Positions 1 through 9,607 of a stretch of 64,000 bases of DNA are shown piece by piece. The notes under the pieces are model-generated. The model was not told the origin of the DNA and ran no database searches. It saw only the letters and a list, made by a program, of their open reading frames with translations. A program made the position numbers and the translations under genes. Origin of the DNA: Planctomycetota bacterium. Lineage in GTDB: Bacteria; Planctomycetota; PLA2; JAEUHO01. Every line of letters begins with the position of its first letter. Position 1 is the first letter of the stretch. Location: positions 192,001 to 256,000 of the forward strand of contig JBFWRP010000002.1 in the NCBI GenBank assembly GCA_050248855.1, in the 5' to 3' direction.

Positions 1-2
1 GC

Positions 3-2483
3 CTCCAAGCCCCTCCCGGCGGGGATCTGCGTGACGCGCTCAAGGTCTGGTCGCGCGCGAAGGCCGAGCGCGGTGGCAAGGCACTGGCGGCGGCCGTCGG
101 CCTGTCCGAAGCCGAGCTCGCCCCCTTCGAGGCGGCGGGTCGCGACGTGGAACGCACGCTGGCGCGGCGTGCGGAGAGCGACGCCCCCGCCGACGAGCGC
201 AACGCGGTGCTGGCCTTGGTCCGCGAGCTGTCGTGGCTGGAGACGATCGAGGGGCAGCTCGGCGTCACGCTCGTCGACGGAGACCTGGGTGCGGCCCTGA
301 ACGTCGACGTCGGGCACAAGCAGGTACGCGCGCTCGAGCTGATCGTGCGCAGCCTCGTCACGGAGAGCTACGGCAGCCAGGAGGCGCTGCTCGCACGCCT
401 GCGGGCCGCCATGAACGAGAAAGTCGTAGCGGGCTGGAAGGCCAAGGCCGATCCCGGCGACATCCTCTCGGGGCTCACCTTCAGCGAGCTCGCGAGCCTC
501 TTCGTCGACAAGGAAGAGTTCGCGCGCTACGAGGGCCTGTACGAGGACACGCCGTTCCTGACGCTGCTGAAGCAGCGTCGGAAGACCATCCAGTCCTTCC
601 TCGACGACGTGCGCCGCATCCGCAACGTGCTGGCGCACAACAAGCGCGTCACACCGACGCAGCTGACGCTGCTCGACCTCTACTACGAGGAGATCGTCGG
701 GCCGGTCCAGGCGGCCCACGACCAGGGCGAGACGCGCGTCGACCCGGGGACGTACCTCGACGTGGGTCGCGACGAGCTCGAGCGCTGGGTCGGCGGGCTC
801 GAAGACGACGTGCAGGCGGTGCGCGAGGACTTGGCCGACCTGCGGGCCGACTTGACGGGCCGGATCGCGGGCGTGCGCGAAGACACGCAAGCGCTCCGCC
901 GGCAGGCGACGGGGATCGACCGCAAGCTGATCGCGATCGGCGCGGGGGTGCTGGCCGTGCTCGTGGGGCTGTTCTTCGTGCTGAAGGGGGGCGGCGAGAC
1001 GAAGGAGGCCGTCGAGCAAGCGCGCGAGGAGACCGTGCGGACGGGCGAGGCGGCGCGCGATGCCGCGTCCGCGTCGCGCGAGGCCAGCGAGTCGTCGTCG
1101 GCGGCCGAGCAGGCCGCGATGGCCGCGGAGGCGGCGGCTCGCGAGACGGCCGGGCGGGTCGAGGACAGCGCTGCGCGCGTCGAGGACAGCGCTGCGCGCG
1201 TCGAGGAGACGAGCAGTGCGGCGAAGGAGGCCGCCGAAGCGGCCCGGGTTGCCGCGGAAGAAGCTGCCGCGAGCACGGAGAACGTGGCGCGCTCGATCGA
1301 CGACCTCAAGGAAGGCTTCGCCGCGCTGCTGAAGGAGGGCGGCACCATCGTCGACGCCGACCGACCCGAGGCCTGGTACCACAACGCGCGCGTGTACGAG
1401 CAGCGCGGCGATACGTCCAAGGCCATGGAGGCCTACCGCCGCTACTTCGCCACGACGCAGCACGGCTTCGTGGATCCCCATCTGCGCTACCAGGCCGTGC
1501 TCAAGCTGCAGAGCGGGGTGGCCGGTGCCCGCGAGCAGTACCACGCCATGAAGGAGGCGAGCCCGGACTTGATGACGGACTTCGCGTGGCGCCTGCTGCT
1601 GCCGGCCGAGGCGCGCACGGAGCAGCTGAGGGCCTTCGCGGCGGCCCACGCCGACTTCGCGCCCGCTTGGTACGAGATCAGTCGCGACGTGTCCCTCGCC
1701 CGCCTGGGCAAGCAATCGCTGGAGGACAAGCGCCAGGAGAAGGAGGCGCTCGAGCGCTTCCTGGCGCTCGCCGAGGAGGGCGCGTTCCTGGGCCTCTACC
1801 TGGACCAGCAGGTTGCGGCGGCCCAGCTGGAGGACGCCCGGGAGCGCCTCGCCTCGGCACGCGCCGTGGCCGACGACGTGCTCGAGAACCCCGTCACGCT
1901 GAACGCGATGCAGAGCAACGCGGGGTGGGGTCTCACGTTCCTGATCGCGGAGGAGGCTCGCGAGATCCTCTGGCGGCGCAAGGACCAGGGGGAGTTCAAG
2001 AGCACGGGCCACCAGCCCGGTACGCGCAGCGCGTCGGGCTTCCCCATGCCCGTGATGTACGTCCCCCTCTCCGACCCCTCGCCCGGGGTCATCGAAGTCA
2101 GGTACGTGGACGCCAAGGGGCGCGAACGCGGGCCCTACGAGCTGACGTTCGACCCGGACGCCCAGCGCATCGCGCAGGGCAAGTCGGTGCTGGAGATGAC
2201 GGCCAACGCCTGGCTCGCGTTCCGCGACTGGGACGGCAAGCTCCTCGTCTACTTCACGCACCTGGTCTCGTCGCGCGGCGCGATAAGGCACGTGCGGTGG
2301 TCGATCGACAGCGAGAAGCTGGATCGCTCGTACGAGCTGCCTCCGTTCTACCCGGCCAACCCGTACGCCATCCCCAGCGACCACATGCCCTACGTCACGG
2401 TGCCCGAGGGCACCCGGTACGTCGCCGTCCAGCTGACCTACGCCGACGGCACCACCTCGGACGTGAAGACCTTCAAGCGCTGA
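3..2483 (+). CDS. STY4199-like HEPN domain protein with TM helix, Ala/Glu coiled coil, TPR-like helices and C-terminal beta-rich region (probably 5'-truncated by the window edge)
   Basis: Frame is open from position 3. Motif FLDDVRRIRNVLAH (RNxxAH); segments GHKQVRALELIVR and LSGLTFSELASLFVDKEEF resemble the STY4199 HEPN family; TM LIAIGAGVLAVLVGLFFVL; TPR-like AWYHNARVYEQRGDTSKAMEAY. Confidence 0.75.
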   Translation, partial: LQAPPGGDLRDALKVWSRAKAERGGKALAAAVGLSEAELAPFEAAGRDVERTLARRAESDAPADERNAVLALVRELSWLETIEGQLGVTLVDGDLGAALNVDVGHKQVRALELIVRSLVTESYGSQEALLARLRAAMNEKVVAGWKAKADPGDILSGLTFSELASLFVDKEEFARYEGLYEDTPFLTLLKQRRKTIQSFLDDVRRIRNVLAHNKRVTPTQLTLLDLYYEEIVGPVQAAHDQGETRVDPGTYLDVGRDELERWVGGLEDDVQAVREDLADLRADLTGRIAGVREDTQALRRQATGIDRKLIAIGAGVLAVLVGLFFVLKGGGETKEAVEQAREETVRTGEAARDAASASREASESSSAAEQAAMAAEAAARETAGRVEDSAARVEDSAARVEETSSAAKEAAEAARVAAEEAAASTENVARSIDDLKEGFAALLKEGGTIVDADRPEAWYHNARVYEQRGDTSKAMEAYRRYFATTQHGFVDPHLRYQAVLKLQSGVAGAREQYHAMKEASPDLMTDFAWRLLLPAEARTEQLRAFAAAHADFAPAWYEISRDVSLARLGKQSLEDKRQEKEALERFLALAEEGAFLGLYLDQQVAAAQLEDARERLASARAVADDVLENPVTLNAMQSNAGWGLTFLIAEEAREILWRRKDQGEFKSTGHQPGTRSASGFPMPVMYVPLSDPSPGVIEVRYVDAKGRERGPYELTFDPDAQRIAQGKSVLEMTANAWLAFRDWDGKLLVYFTHLVSSRGAIRHVRWSIDSEKLDRSYELPPFYPANPYAIPSDHMPYVTVPEGTRYVAVQLTYADGTTSDVKTFKR
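1158..1207 (+). repeat. In-frame 21-bp tandem repeat (VEDSAAR x2 plus partial)
   Basis: GTCGAGGACAGCGCTGCGCGC occurs twice, followed by GTCGAGGA. Confidence 0.9.
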
Positions 2484-2673
2484 CGCGTTCGCCGCCCGCA
2501 AGGTCCCGCGTGGGCACGGGGCCTTCGGTCCGGTCACCGGGAAGCCGGCGTGAGGTTCCGCTGGACGCGCCCCGAAGGTCCGACGATCTTGCCGGCTTGG
2601 ACCCGGCTCCCTCCCTCCGGCGCCGTCCGACGCACCCCCGCGCCGACAAGCGCTCCCGGGGAGGCGTTCGCGC

Positions 2674-4068
2674 GTGACCGTCCGCTCCCTCCTCGTATTG
2701 GCTCTCGGGGCGACGTCGTTCGTCGGCTGCCACGGGGCGCCGCCGCGCACGCCGGCCCTCCCCGGGCCGGGCCCGGCTCCGGCCACGTTCTCGTCACCGG
2801 GCGAGGCGGCCATGCCGGCGGCGTGGTGGACGGTCTTCGAAGACACCGAGCTCGATGCGTTCATCGCACAGGCGCTCGCCGCCAACCCGGGTCTCGCGGT
2901 GGCGGCCGCACGCTGCCGTCGTGCGCACGCGTTGGCCCGCCTGGAGGGGGCGGCGCGCTACCCGACGCTCGACGCCGTCAGGCGGGGCGGCGCCTCGGTC
3001 GCGCGTCGTCGGTCGGGTAGCGGCTTGGACACCGACGGCTCGATCACCGCGGGTCTCGGGGTCGAAGCCGGCTACGAGCTGGATCTGTGGGGGCGGCTGC
3101 GGAGCGCCCACGATGCAGCACGCTTCGAAGCGCTCGCCACGCGCCACGATCGCGAGGCGGCCCGTGTCGCCGTGGCCGGCTCGATCACGATCGCCTGGGT
3201 GCGACGGGCCGCGGCCACGGAGGAGGCGGCCCTGCTCGAGGAGCAGCGCGGCACGAACGCGGATCTCCTGCAGGTCGTGCAGCAACGCTTCGACGGCGGC
3301 CAGGCCGCCGCGCCCGACGTGTTCCGCCAGCAGCAGCTCGTCGAGCGAACGCGCGCGGAGCTCGCACGGAACGCCGTCGAGCGCGAGCTCCTCGTCCACC
3401 AGCTGAACGTGCTGCGGGGACGGCCTCCCCGCGAGGCGCTGCCCAAGAGCCCGCCGTTGCCACGTCTCGGGCCGCTGCCCGCGACCGGCGTGCCCGCGGA
3501 GGTGCTGGCGCGCCGCCCCGACCTGGCCGCGGCGCGCGCCCGGATGGCCGCGTCCGATCGGGATCTGGCCTCCGCCCTGGCGGACCGTGCCCCGCGCATC
3601 CGCCTCGGGGCCGATGTGGGCCTCGGGGGCGGCGACCTCGAGGACCTCTTCCGCGAGTGGGCCGCGGCGCTCGCGTACGAGCTGGTGGGGCCGCTGGCCG
3701 ATGGGGGAGCGCGCGATGCCGCCGTTGCTGCCGCGTGCGCCTTGCGCGCGGAGCGTGTGGCGGCGTACGCGGACCTGATGCTGTCGGCCGCCCTCGAAGT
3801 CGAAGACGCCCTGCGTGGCGAAGTCCTCGGCGCGGAGGTGCTTGCGCGGCTGGAACGCCAGCACGACTTCGCCCGTCAGACCGTGGAGAGCCTGCTCGGG
3901 CGCTACGGCCAGGGCGCCGCGGACTACTTCGAGATCCTCGGCGCGGTGGAGTCCGAGCAGGCCCTGGCTCGGACGTTGGTGGCCCAGCGCGCGGTGCTCG
4001 TCGAGCGTCGCGTCCAGCTGCTGCGCGCACTCGCCGGCCCGATCACCCCGGGAGACCCAGGTCCGTGA
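2674..4068 (+). CDS. RND efflux outer-membrane lipoprotein (TolC/NodT family)
   Basis: Lipobox-like FVGC; WWTVFED, YELDLWGR, PAEVLARRPD motifs. Confidence 0.9.
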   Translation: MTVRSLLVLALGATSFVGCHGAPPRTPALPGPGPAPATFSSPGEAAMPAAWWTVFEDTELDAFIAQALAANPGLAVAAARCRRAHALARLEGAARYPTLDAVRRGGASVARRRSGSGLDTDGSITAGLGVEAGYELDLWGRLRSAHDAARFEALATRHDREAARVAVAGSITIAWVRRAAATEEAALLEEQRGTNADLLQVVQQRFDGGQAAAPDVFRQQQLVERTRAELARNAVERELLVHQLNVLRGRPPREALPKSPPLPRLGPLPATGVPAEVLARRPDLAAARARMAASDRDLASALADRAPRIRLGADVGLGGGDLEDLFREWAAALAYELVGPLADGGARDAAVAAACALRAERVAAYADLMLSAALEVEDALRGEVLGAEVLARLERQHDFARQTVESLLGRYGQGAADYFEILGAVESEQALARTLVAQRAVLVERRVQLLRALAGPITPGDPGP

Positions 4069-5432
4069 GCGAGCCCTCCTCCCTCCCGACCCACCACGGT
4101 GCCTGGTGGCACGTCGGTCGCGTCGCGCGCGTGCTCGTGCTGCACATCGCCCTGCCGGCGGCCGTGCTCTACGGCGGCTGGCGCGGCGCCACGTGGCTGC
4201 TGGAGACCGCGCCCAAGACCGAGCGCAAGCCGCGGGCGCGCACGGCACGGCCCGTGGAAGTGGTCCGCGTGCGCGCGGCTTCCGAAGGCCCGCGCATCCA
4301 GGCGCTCGGCGCGGTCAAGGCGGCGCGCGAGACGATCGTCCGGGCGCGCGTCGCGGGCCCGGTGCTGCATGTCGGCGAGCACTTCGAGGTGGGAGGCTTC
4401 GTCGCGCCCGACGAGCTCCTCGTGCAGATCGACCCGACGGACTTCAAGCTGGCCGAGGACGCCGCGGCCATCGACGTGACGCAGGCCGAGGCGGAGGTGG
4501 CCGGGGCCTCGAGTCTCGTCGCGCAGCGCAAGACCGCGCTCGCGGATGCCCGCGCCAAGCTGCGCCTGGAAGAGGGCCAAGCCGAAGTCGCACGCCGCGA
4601 GCTGGAGATGCTCGGCGACGAGGGCCGCCGCGTGGACCGTGACCTCGTCCTGCGCGTTCCGCAGCGCGCCATGGCGGAGGCGGCGGTCGAGGCCGCGGAG
4701 GCGGGGGTGGCCGCCGCCGAAGCATCCCTCGCGGCGGCCCGCGCGCGCCTGCAAGCGGCGGGTCATCGCGTGCGTACGACGGCGCTGGACACCGAGCGCA
4801 CGGCCGTCGGTGCACCGTTCGCCGCGTGGATCGCAGAACGCCGCGTCGAGAAGGGCGGGTACGTCACACCGACCACCGACATCGCGCGGCTGGTCGGGAC
4901 CGAGGCCTACCACGTGGAGGTCCTCGTCCCCGCGTCCGACGTGCGGTGGCTCGATCTGCCGGCGCCGGGCACGGAGGGGCGCGCCGAGATCGAGCTGCGC
5001 GACGAGGCCGCCTGGGGGCCGCAGGGCGTGCGCCACGGACGCCTGCTGCGGCAGCTGGGCGAGCTCGAGAGCACGGGCCGCATGGCACGCCTCCTGGTCG
5101 AGGTGGAGGATCCGCTCCAGCTCGAGCCCGAAGCGGGTACCGGTCGGCCGCTCGTGCTCGGCAGCGTGCTGCGCGTCACCCTCCCCGGGCGCGCGCTCCC
5201 TTCGGCCGTCAAGCTGGACCGCGGCCTGCTGCGCCACGGTGACGTGGTGTGGATCGCCGCGCCCGACGACACGCTCGAGATCCGGGGCGTGGACGTCGCG
5301 TGGCGCGGGACCGACGACGTGTTCGTCCGGGGCGGGCTGCAGCCCGGTGACCGCGTGGTCAAGACGGACCTCGGCACGCCGGTCTCCGGGATGGCGCTCG
5401 AGCCCCGGGAACCTGGCGAGGAGGCCCGGTGA
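4065..5432 (+). CDS. RND efflux periplasmic adaptor (membrane fusion protein)
   Basis: GTG at 4065 overlaps the upstream TGA; N-terminal TM, LLVQIDPTDF, helical hairpin, APF, GGLQPGDRVV. Confidence 0.88.
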   Translation: MSEPSSLPTHHGAWWHVGRVARVLVLHIALPAAVLYGGWRGATWLLETAPKTERKPRARTARPVEVVRVRAASEGPRIQALGAVKAARETIVRARVAGPVLHVGEHFEVGGFVAPDELLVQIDPTDFKLAEDAAAIDVTQAEAEVAGASSLVAQRKTALADARAKLRLEEGQAEVARRELEMLGDEGRRVDRDLVLRVPQRAMAEAAVEAAEAGVAAAEASLAAARARLQAAGHRVRTTALDTERTAVGAPFAAWIAERRVEKGGYVTPTTDIARLVGTEAYHVEVLVPASDVRWLDLPAPGTEGRAEIELRDEAAWGPQGVRHGRLLRQLGELESTGRMARLLVEVEDPLQLEPEAGTGRPLVLGSVLRVTLPGRALPSAVKLDRGLLRHGDVVWIAAPDDTLEIRGVDVAWRGTDDVFVRGGLQPGDRVVKTDLGTPVSGMALEPREPGEEAR

Positions 5433-8400
5433 CCAAGGCGCTTCCGCTGCGGCCCCTCGAGGGGGACGGCTGGATCGGACGTCTCGTCCGCAACGGGGTG
5501 ACGCCCAACGTGCTCATGGCCGCCCTGCTCTTCGGCGGCCTCTTCATGGCCACCCGGATCAAGCAGGAGGTGTTCCCCGAGTTCGACCTCGACGCCGTCA
5601 CCGTTCGCGTCGGCTACCCGGGCTCGAGCCCCGAAGAGATCGAGCGCGGCATCCTGCTCTCGATCGAGGAAGCGATCCGCGGTCTGGACGGCATCGACGA
5701 GGTCACGGCCACGGCCTCCGAGGGGTCCGGCACGGTCCGCGCCGAGCTGCTGCGCGGCGCCGATCAGCAACGCGTCTTCCAGGACATCCAGCAGGCCGTC
5801 AACCGCATCCGCACCTTTCCCGAGGATGCCGAGCGCCCCGTCGTGTCCCTGGAGGCCCGGCGGCGCGAGGTGCTCGACATCCAGATCTACGGTCAGGCCG
5901 GCGAGGCCGTCCTGCGCGAGGTCGCCGAGCAGGTGCGCGATCGCCTGCTCCAGGAGGACGGCATCACGCAGGTCGACCTCGCGGGGGTGCGCAAGCCCGA
6001 GATCCACGTCGAGATCCGCGCGGCCCGCCTGCGCGAGCTGGGGCTCACGCTGGACGAGGTGGCCCAGCGCATTCGCGAGAATGCCGTGGAGGTGCCGGGG
6101 GGAAGCCTCGAGACGAGCGGCGGGGAGATGTTGCTCCGCGTGCGCGAGCGCCGTGACTGGGCGCGCGAGTTCGCCGGCCTGCCGGTCGTCACCTCGTCGC
6201 TCGGTGCGGTCCGCACCTTGGGCGACATCGCCGACGTCGCGGACGGTTTCGAGGAGAAGGACCTCTCGTCCACCTTCAACGGCCTGCCGGCCGTCGGGCT
6301 CGAGGTGTTCCGCGTCGGCGACGAGACGCCGCTGGGCATCTCGCGCACCGTGCACGAAGCCATGGACCGCATCGGAGCCGACTTGCCGGCGGGCGTGCAC
6401 TACGCCATCAACCGCGACCGCAGCGAGATCTACGAGCAGCGGCTCGAGCTGCTCATGCGCAACGGGCTCATGGGCTTGGCCCTCGTCCTCGTCGTGCTGG
6501 GCCTGTTCCTGGACCTGCGCCTGGCCTTCTGGGTCACGATGGGCATCCCGACGGCGTTCATGGGCGGCCTGCTCGTGCTGCCCGCGTTCGATGTCACGAT
6601 CAACATGATCTCGCTGTTCGCGTTCATCATCGCGCTGGGCATCGTGGTCGATGACGCGATCGTGGCCGGCGAGAACATCTACGCCTACCGCCAATCGGGG
6701 CTCTCCGGCGAGGACGCCGCCATCCAGGGCGCGAAGGACGTGGCCACGCCGATCGGCGTGAGCATCTTCACCAACATCGTGGCCTTCATGCCGTTGTTGT
6801 TCATGCCCGGCACGCTGGGCAAGACGTGGCTCGTGATCCCCATCGTGGTCACCGCCGTGTTCGTGATGAGCTGGGTCGAGTCGCTGTTCATCCTGCCGTC
6901 GCACCTGGCCCACGCCGCCAAGGGCTACGCCAACCCCGTGCTGCAGGGCATCTCGTGGCTCCAGCAGGGCTTTGCGCGTGGGTTCGCCTGGTTCGTCGAG
7001 CGGATCTACGGTCCGTTCATCGGCGCCGTCGTCCGTGTGCGCTACGTGACGATCGCCGTGATGCTGGCCACGCTCGTCGCCGCCCTGGCCTACGCGCAGA
7101 GCGGTCGCCTGGGCTTCGTGCTGATGCCCAAGGTGGAGTCGGATCGCGCGGTGGCCACGGCGCGCCTGCCATTTGGCAGTCCTGGACACGCCGCCGTCGA
7201 AGTGCGCGACCGGCTCGTGGATGCGGCGCAGCGCGTCGTGGCGGCCCACGGCGGCGAGAAGCTGGCCACGGGCGTCCACGCGGAGGTCGACGAGGACCAG
7301 GTCGAGGTCACGGTCTACCTGACGGCACCCGACGTACGTCCCCTGAGCACGCGCGACTACACGACGGCGTGGCGCGACGCCACCGGCACGGTGCTGGGGG
7401 TGGAGACGCTGCGTTTCGAGTTCGACCGGGGCGGACCCGGCAGCGGTGCAGGCGTCACGGTCGAGATCAGCCACCGCGACATCGACGTCCTGGACCGGGC
7501 GAGCGAGTCGCTGGCCGCATCGCTCTCGGAGTTCGCGGCCACCCGCGATGTGGACGACGGCTACCGCCCGGGCAAGCGACAGCTCGACTTCGTGCTGCGG
7601 CCCGAGGCCCGCACCGCAGGCCTGACGAGCGCCGAGATCGCCCGCCAGGTGCGCGGCGCGTTCCAGGGCGCCGAGGCCCTGCGGCAGCAGCGGGGACGCG
7701 ATGAGATCCGTGTGCTCGTGCGGCTGCCGGCCGAGGAGCGGGCCCAGGAGGCCTCCGTCGAGTCGTTCGTCGTGCGCTTGCCCCAGGGGGGCGAGGCGCC
7801 CCTGCGCGAGATCGCCGATGTGGCCGCGGAGCGGGCCTACACCACGATCGATCGCCGCGACGGCCGGCGCACCGTGACCATCACGGCCGACGTGACGCCG
7901 GCCACCGAGACCCAACGCGTGCTGGAGGACCTGAAGGCCACCACGCTGCCGCAGCTCCAACGGGACTTCCCGGGCTTGGCCTGGTCGTTCCAAGGGCGCC
8001 AGGCCGAGCTCAAGGAGTCGCTCGACAGCCTGAAGGGCAGCTACCTGATCGTGATCCTGATCCTGTTCGTGACGCTGGCCATCACGTTCCGGAGCTACAT
8101 CCAGCCGGTCATCGTCATGATCGCGATCCCCTTCGGCATGGTGGGTGCGATCCTCGGACACGTCTGGATGGGCTACGAGCTGAGCATGATCAGCATCATG
8201 GGCGTCGTGGCGCTCTCGGGCGTGGTCGTCAACGACTCGCTCGTTCTCGTGGACTACGCCAACCGCTCCCGCCAGCCGGGCCAGTCGCCGCGCGACGTGA
8301 TCGTGGCGGCGGGCAAGCGGAGGTTCCGACCAATCCTGTTGACGACCCTCACCACGTTCGGCGGCTTGGCGCCGATGATCTTCGAGACCTCGCGCCAAGC

Positions 8401-8545
8401 CCGCTTCATGATCCCGATGGCCATCTCGCTGGGCTTCGGCATCCTCTTCGCCACGGCGATCACCCTGGTGCTGGTGCCGTCGCTGTACCTGGCCGTCGAA
8501 GACCTACGGCGCTTCGGCCGGCGGCTCGCGCGGTGGGGGGCGTAG
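5429..8545 (+). CDS. RND efflux permease (AcrB/AcrD/AcrF family)
   Basis: 1038 aa; GIVVDDAIV, GVVVNDS, RFRPILLTT. Confidence 0.95.
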   Translation: MTKALPLRPLEGDGWIGRLVRNGVTPNVLMAALLFGGLFMATRIKQEVFPEFDLDAVTVRVGYPGSSPEEIERGILLSIEEAIRGLDGIDEVTATASEGSGTVRAELLRGADQQRVFQDIQQAVNRIRTFPEDAERPVVSLEARRREVLDIQIYGQAGEAVLREVAEQVRDRLLQEDGITQVDLAGVRKPEIHVEIRAARLRELGLTLDEVAQRIRENAVEVPGGSLETSGGEMLLRVRERRDWAREFAGLPVVTSSLGAVRTLGDIADVADGFEEKDLSSTFNGLPAVGLEVFRVGDETPLGISRTVHEAMDRIGADLPAGVHYAINRDRSEIYEQRLELLMRNGLMGLALVLVVLGLFLDLRLAFWVTMGIPTAFMGGLLVLPAFDVTINMISLFAFIIALGIVVDDAIVAGENIYAYRQSGLSGEDAAIQGAKDVATPIGVSIFTNIVAFMPLLFMPGTLGKTWLVIPIVVTAVFVMSWVESLFILPSHLAHAAKGYANPVLQGISWLQQGFARGFAWFVERIYGPFIGAVVRVRYVTIAVMLATLVAALAYAQSGRLGFVLMPKVESDRAVATARLPFGSPGHAAVEVRDRLVDAAQRVVAAHGGEKLATGVHAEVDEDQVEVTVYLTAPDVRPLSTRDYTTAWRDATGTVLGVETLRFEFDRGGPGSGAGVTVEISHRDIDVLDRASESLAASLSEFAATRDVDDGYRPGKRQLDFVLRPEARTAGLTSAEIARQVRGAFQGAEALRQQRGRDEIRVLVRLPAEERAQEASVESFVVRLPQGGEAPLREIADVAAERAYTTIDRRDGRRTVTITADVTPATETQRVLEDLKATTLPQLQRDFPGLAWSFQGRQAELKESLDSLKGSYLIVILILFVTLAITFRSYIQPVIVMIAIPFGMVGAILGHVWMGYELSMISIMGVVALSGVVVNDSLVLVDYANRSRQPGQSPRDVIVAAGKRRFRPILLTTLTTFGGLAPMIFETSRQARFMIPMAISLGFGILFATAITLVLVPSLYLAVEDLRRFGRRLARWGA

Positions 8546-8554
8546 GAGGACGGC

Positions 8555-8974
8555 TCACTCGCGTGGCAGCTTGTGCGTCCCGTCGCAGAAGGGGTGGTTG
8601 GCGGAGCGGGCGCAGCCGCAGAAGGTGACCCTTTCGGTCTCGCGAAGCAGGGAGCCGTCGGGTGCGAAGATGCGCACGGGCCCGCGAACGCGGATGGGCC
8701 CGTGCTCGGTCGTCTCGATGCGCACGCCTTCGGCAGCCGGCGCCGCGGGAGCCGCGGTCGCGGCGACCTTCTCCGCGATCGCCAGCGCGCCGCTCGGGCA
8801 GCAGGCCACGACCTGGCGCACGGCGTCCGCGTCCGCGCCGTCGGGCAGGATCCAGGGCTTGCGCTGCGTGTCGAACACCTGGGGCAGGCGGCGCACGCAC
8901 TCTCCCGCATGGATGCAGACGTCCAGATCGAAGGTCACATCCAGCGCCGTGCCGCGATACGTCTTGCGCGTCAT
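8555..8974 (-). CDS. YjdI-like divergent 4Fe-4S domain fused to CDGSH Fe-S domain
   Basis: CIHAGEC...CPSGAL plus C-terminal CGCARSANHPFCDGTH; ATG at 8974 with GAGGAGG upstream. Confidence 0.88.
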   Translation of the reverse strand: MTRKTYRGTALDVTFDLDVCIHAGECVRRLPQVFDTQRKPWILPDGADADAVRQVVACCPSGALAIAEKVAATAAPAAPAAEGVRIETTEHGPIRVRGPVRIFAPDGSLLRETERVTFCGCARSANHPFCDGTHKLPRE

Positions 8975-9015
8975 GGTGCCTCCTCGGGCCCTCGTATCTT
9001 TCGGGCTTGCGTGGC

Positions 9016-9570
9016 CTACTTGGCTTGCAGCTGGCGCAACCGGGCGGCCAGGTCCCGACCGTGCGACGTGACACCCACTTCGCGGTCGATCGCGCGCAAC
9101 ACGCCCTCGGGGTCCGTGATGAACGTGACGCGCTGGGTGTACGCCGCACCCGCGGGCAGCACCTGGTACTTCCGCGCCACGCCGCCGTCGGGATCGCTCA
9201 GCAGGGGGAACGTGAGGCTCTGGGCCTCCTTGAACGCCCGTTGATCGACGACGTCGTCGATGCTGATCCCGTACACGCGCGCGTCCAGGCCCTCCAGGTC
9301 GGCCAGGGCATCGCGCAGGGAGCACATCTCCTTCGTGCAGCCCGACGTGCTCGCCTTCGGATAGAAGGCCAGCACCACCCACGCCTTGCCCTTCGCGTCG
9401 GCCAGCGACACCGCACGACCGGCGTCGTCGTTGAGGCGCCACGCCGGCGCCGTATCGCCCACGGCCAACGGCTTGCGCTCGCCATCGCCTCCGGCGTCGG
9501 CGCCTTGCATGCCCAGGACGAACGCGCCCACGATGAAGGCACAGGTCAGCAGGAGGAAGGTGGTCGGCAT
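9016..9570 (-). CDS. Peroxiredoxin BCP/PrxQ family with signal peptide
   Basis: FYPKASTSGCTKEMC; FPLLSDPDG; hydrophobic N-terminus. Confidence 0.9.
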   Translation of the reverse strand: MPTTFLLLTCAFIVGAFVLGMQGADAGGDGERKPLAVGDTAPAWRLNDDAGRAVSLADAKGKAWVVLAFYPKASTSGCTKEMCSLRDALADLEGLDARVYGISIDDVVDQRAFKEAQSLTFPLLSDPDGGVARKYQVLPAGAAYTQRVTFITDPEGVLRAIDREVGVTSHGRDLAARLRQLQAK

Positions 9571-9607
9571 GGCGGCTCCGTGTGGTGGGTGGGGTCTCGG
9601 ACAGTGG

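Noticed and set aside
3087..4064. Long N-terminal extensions in the ORF track (also 21264, 30033, 30745, 36859, 39969, 47131, 53429, 57250)
   Set aside because: They overlap neighbouring genes; downstream starts with an RBS, signal peptide or stop-start coupling fit better.
4907..8398. Long antisense or alternative ORFs (also 233-2677, 16402-19638, 27182-29986, 46368-49175, 54125-56425)
   Set aside because: Stop-poor shadow frames typical of high-GC DNA, overlapping genes with clear family motifs.
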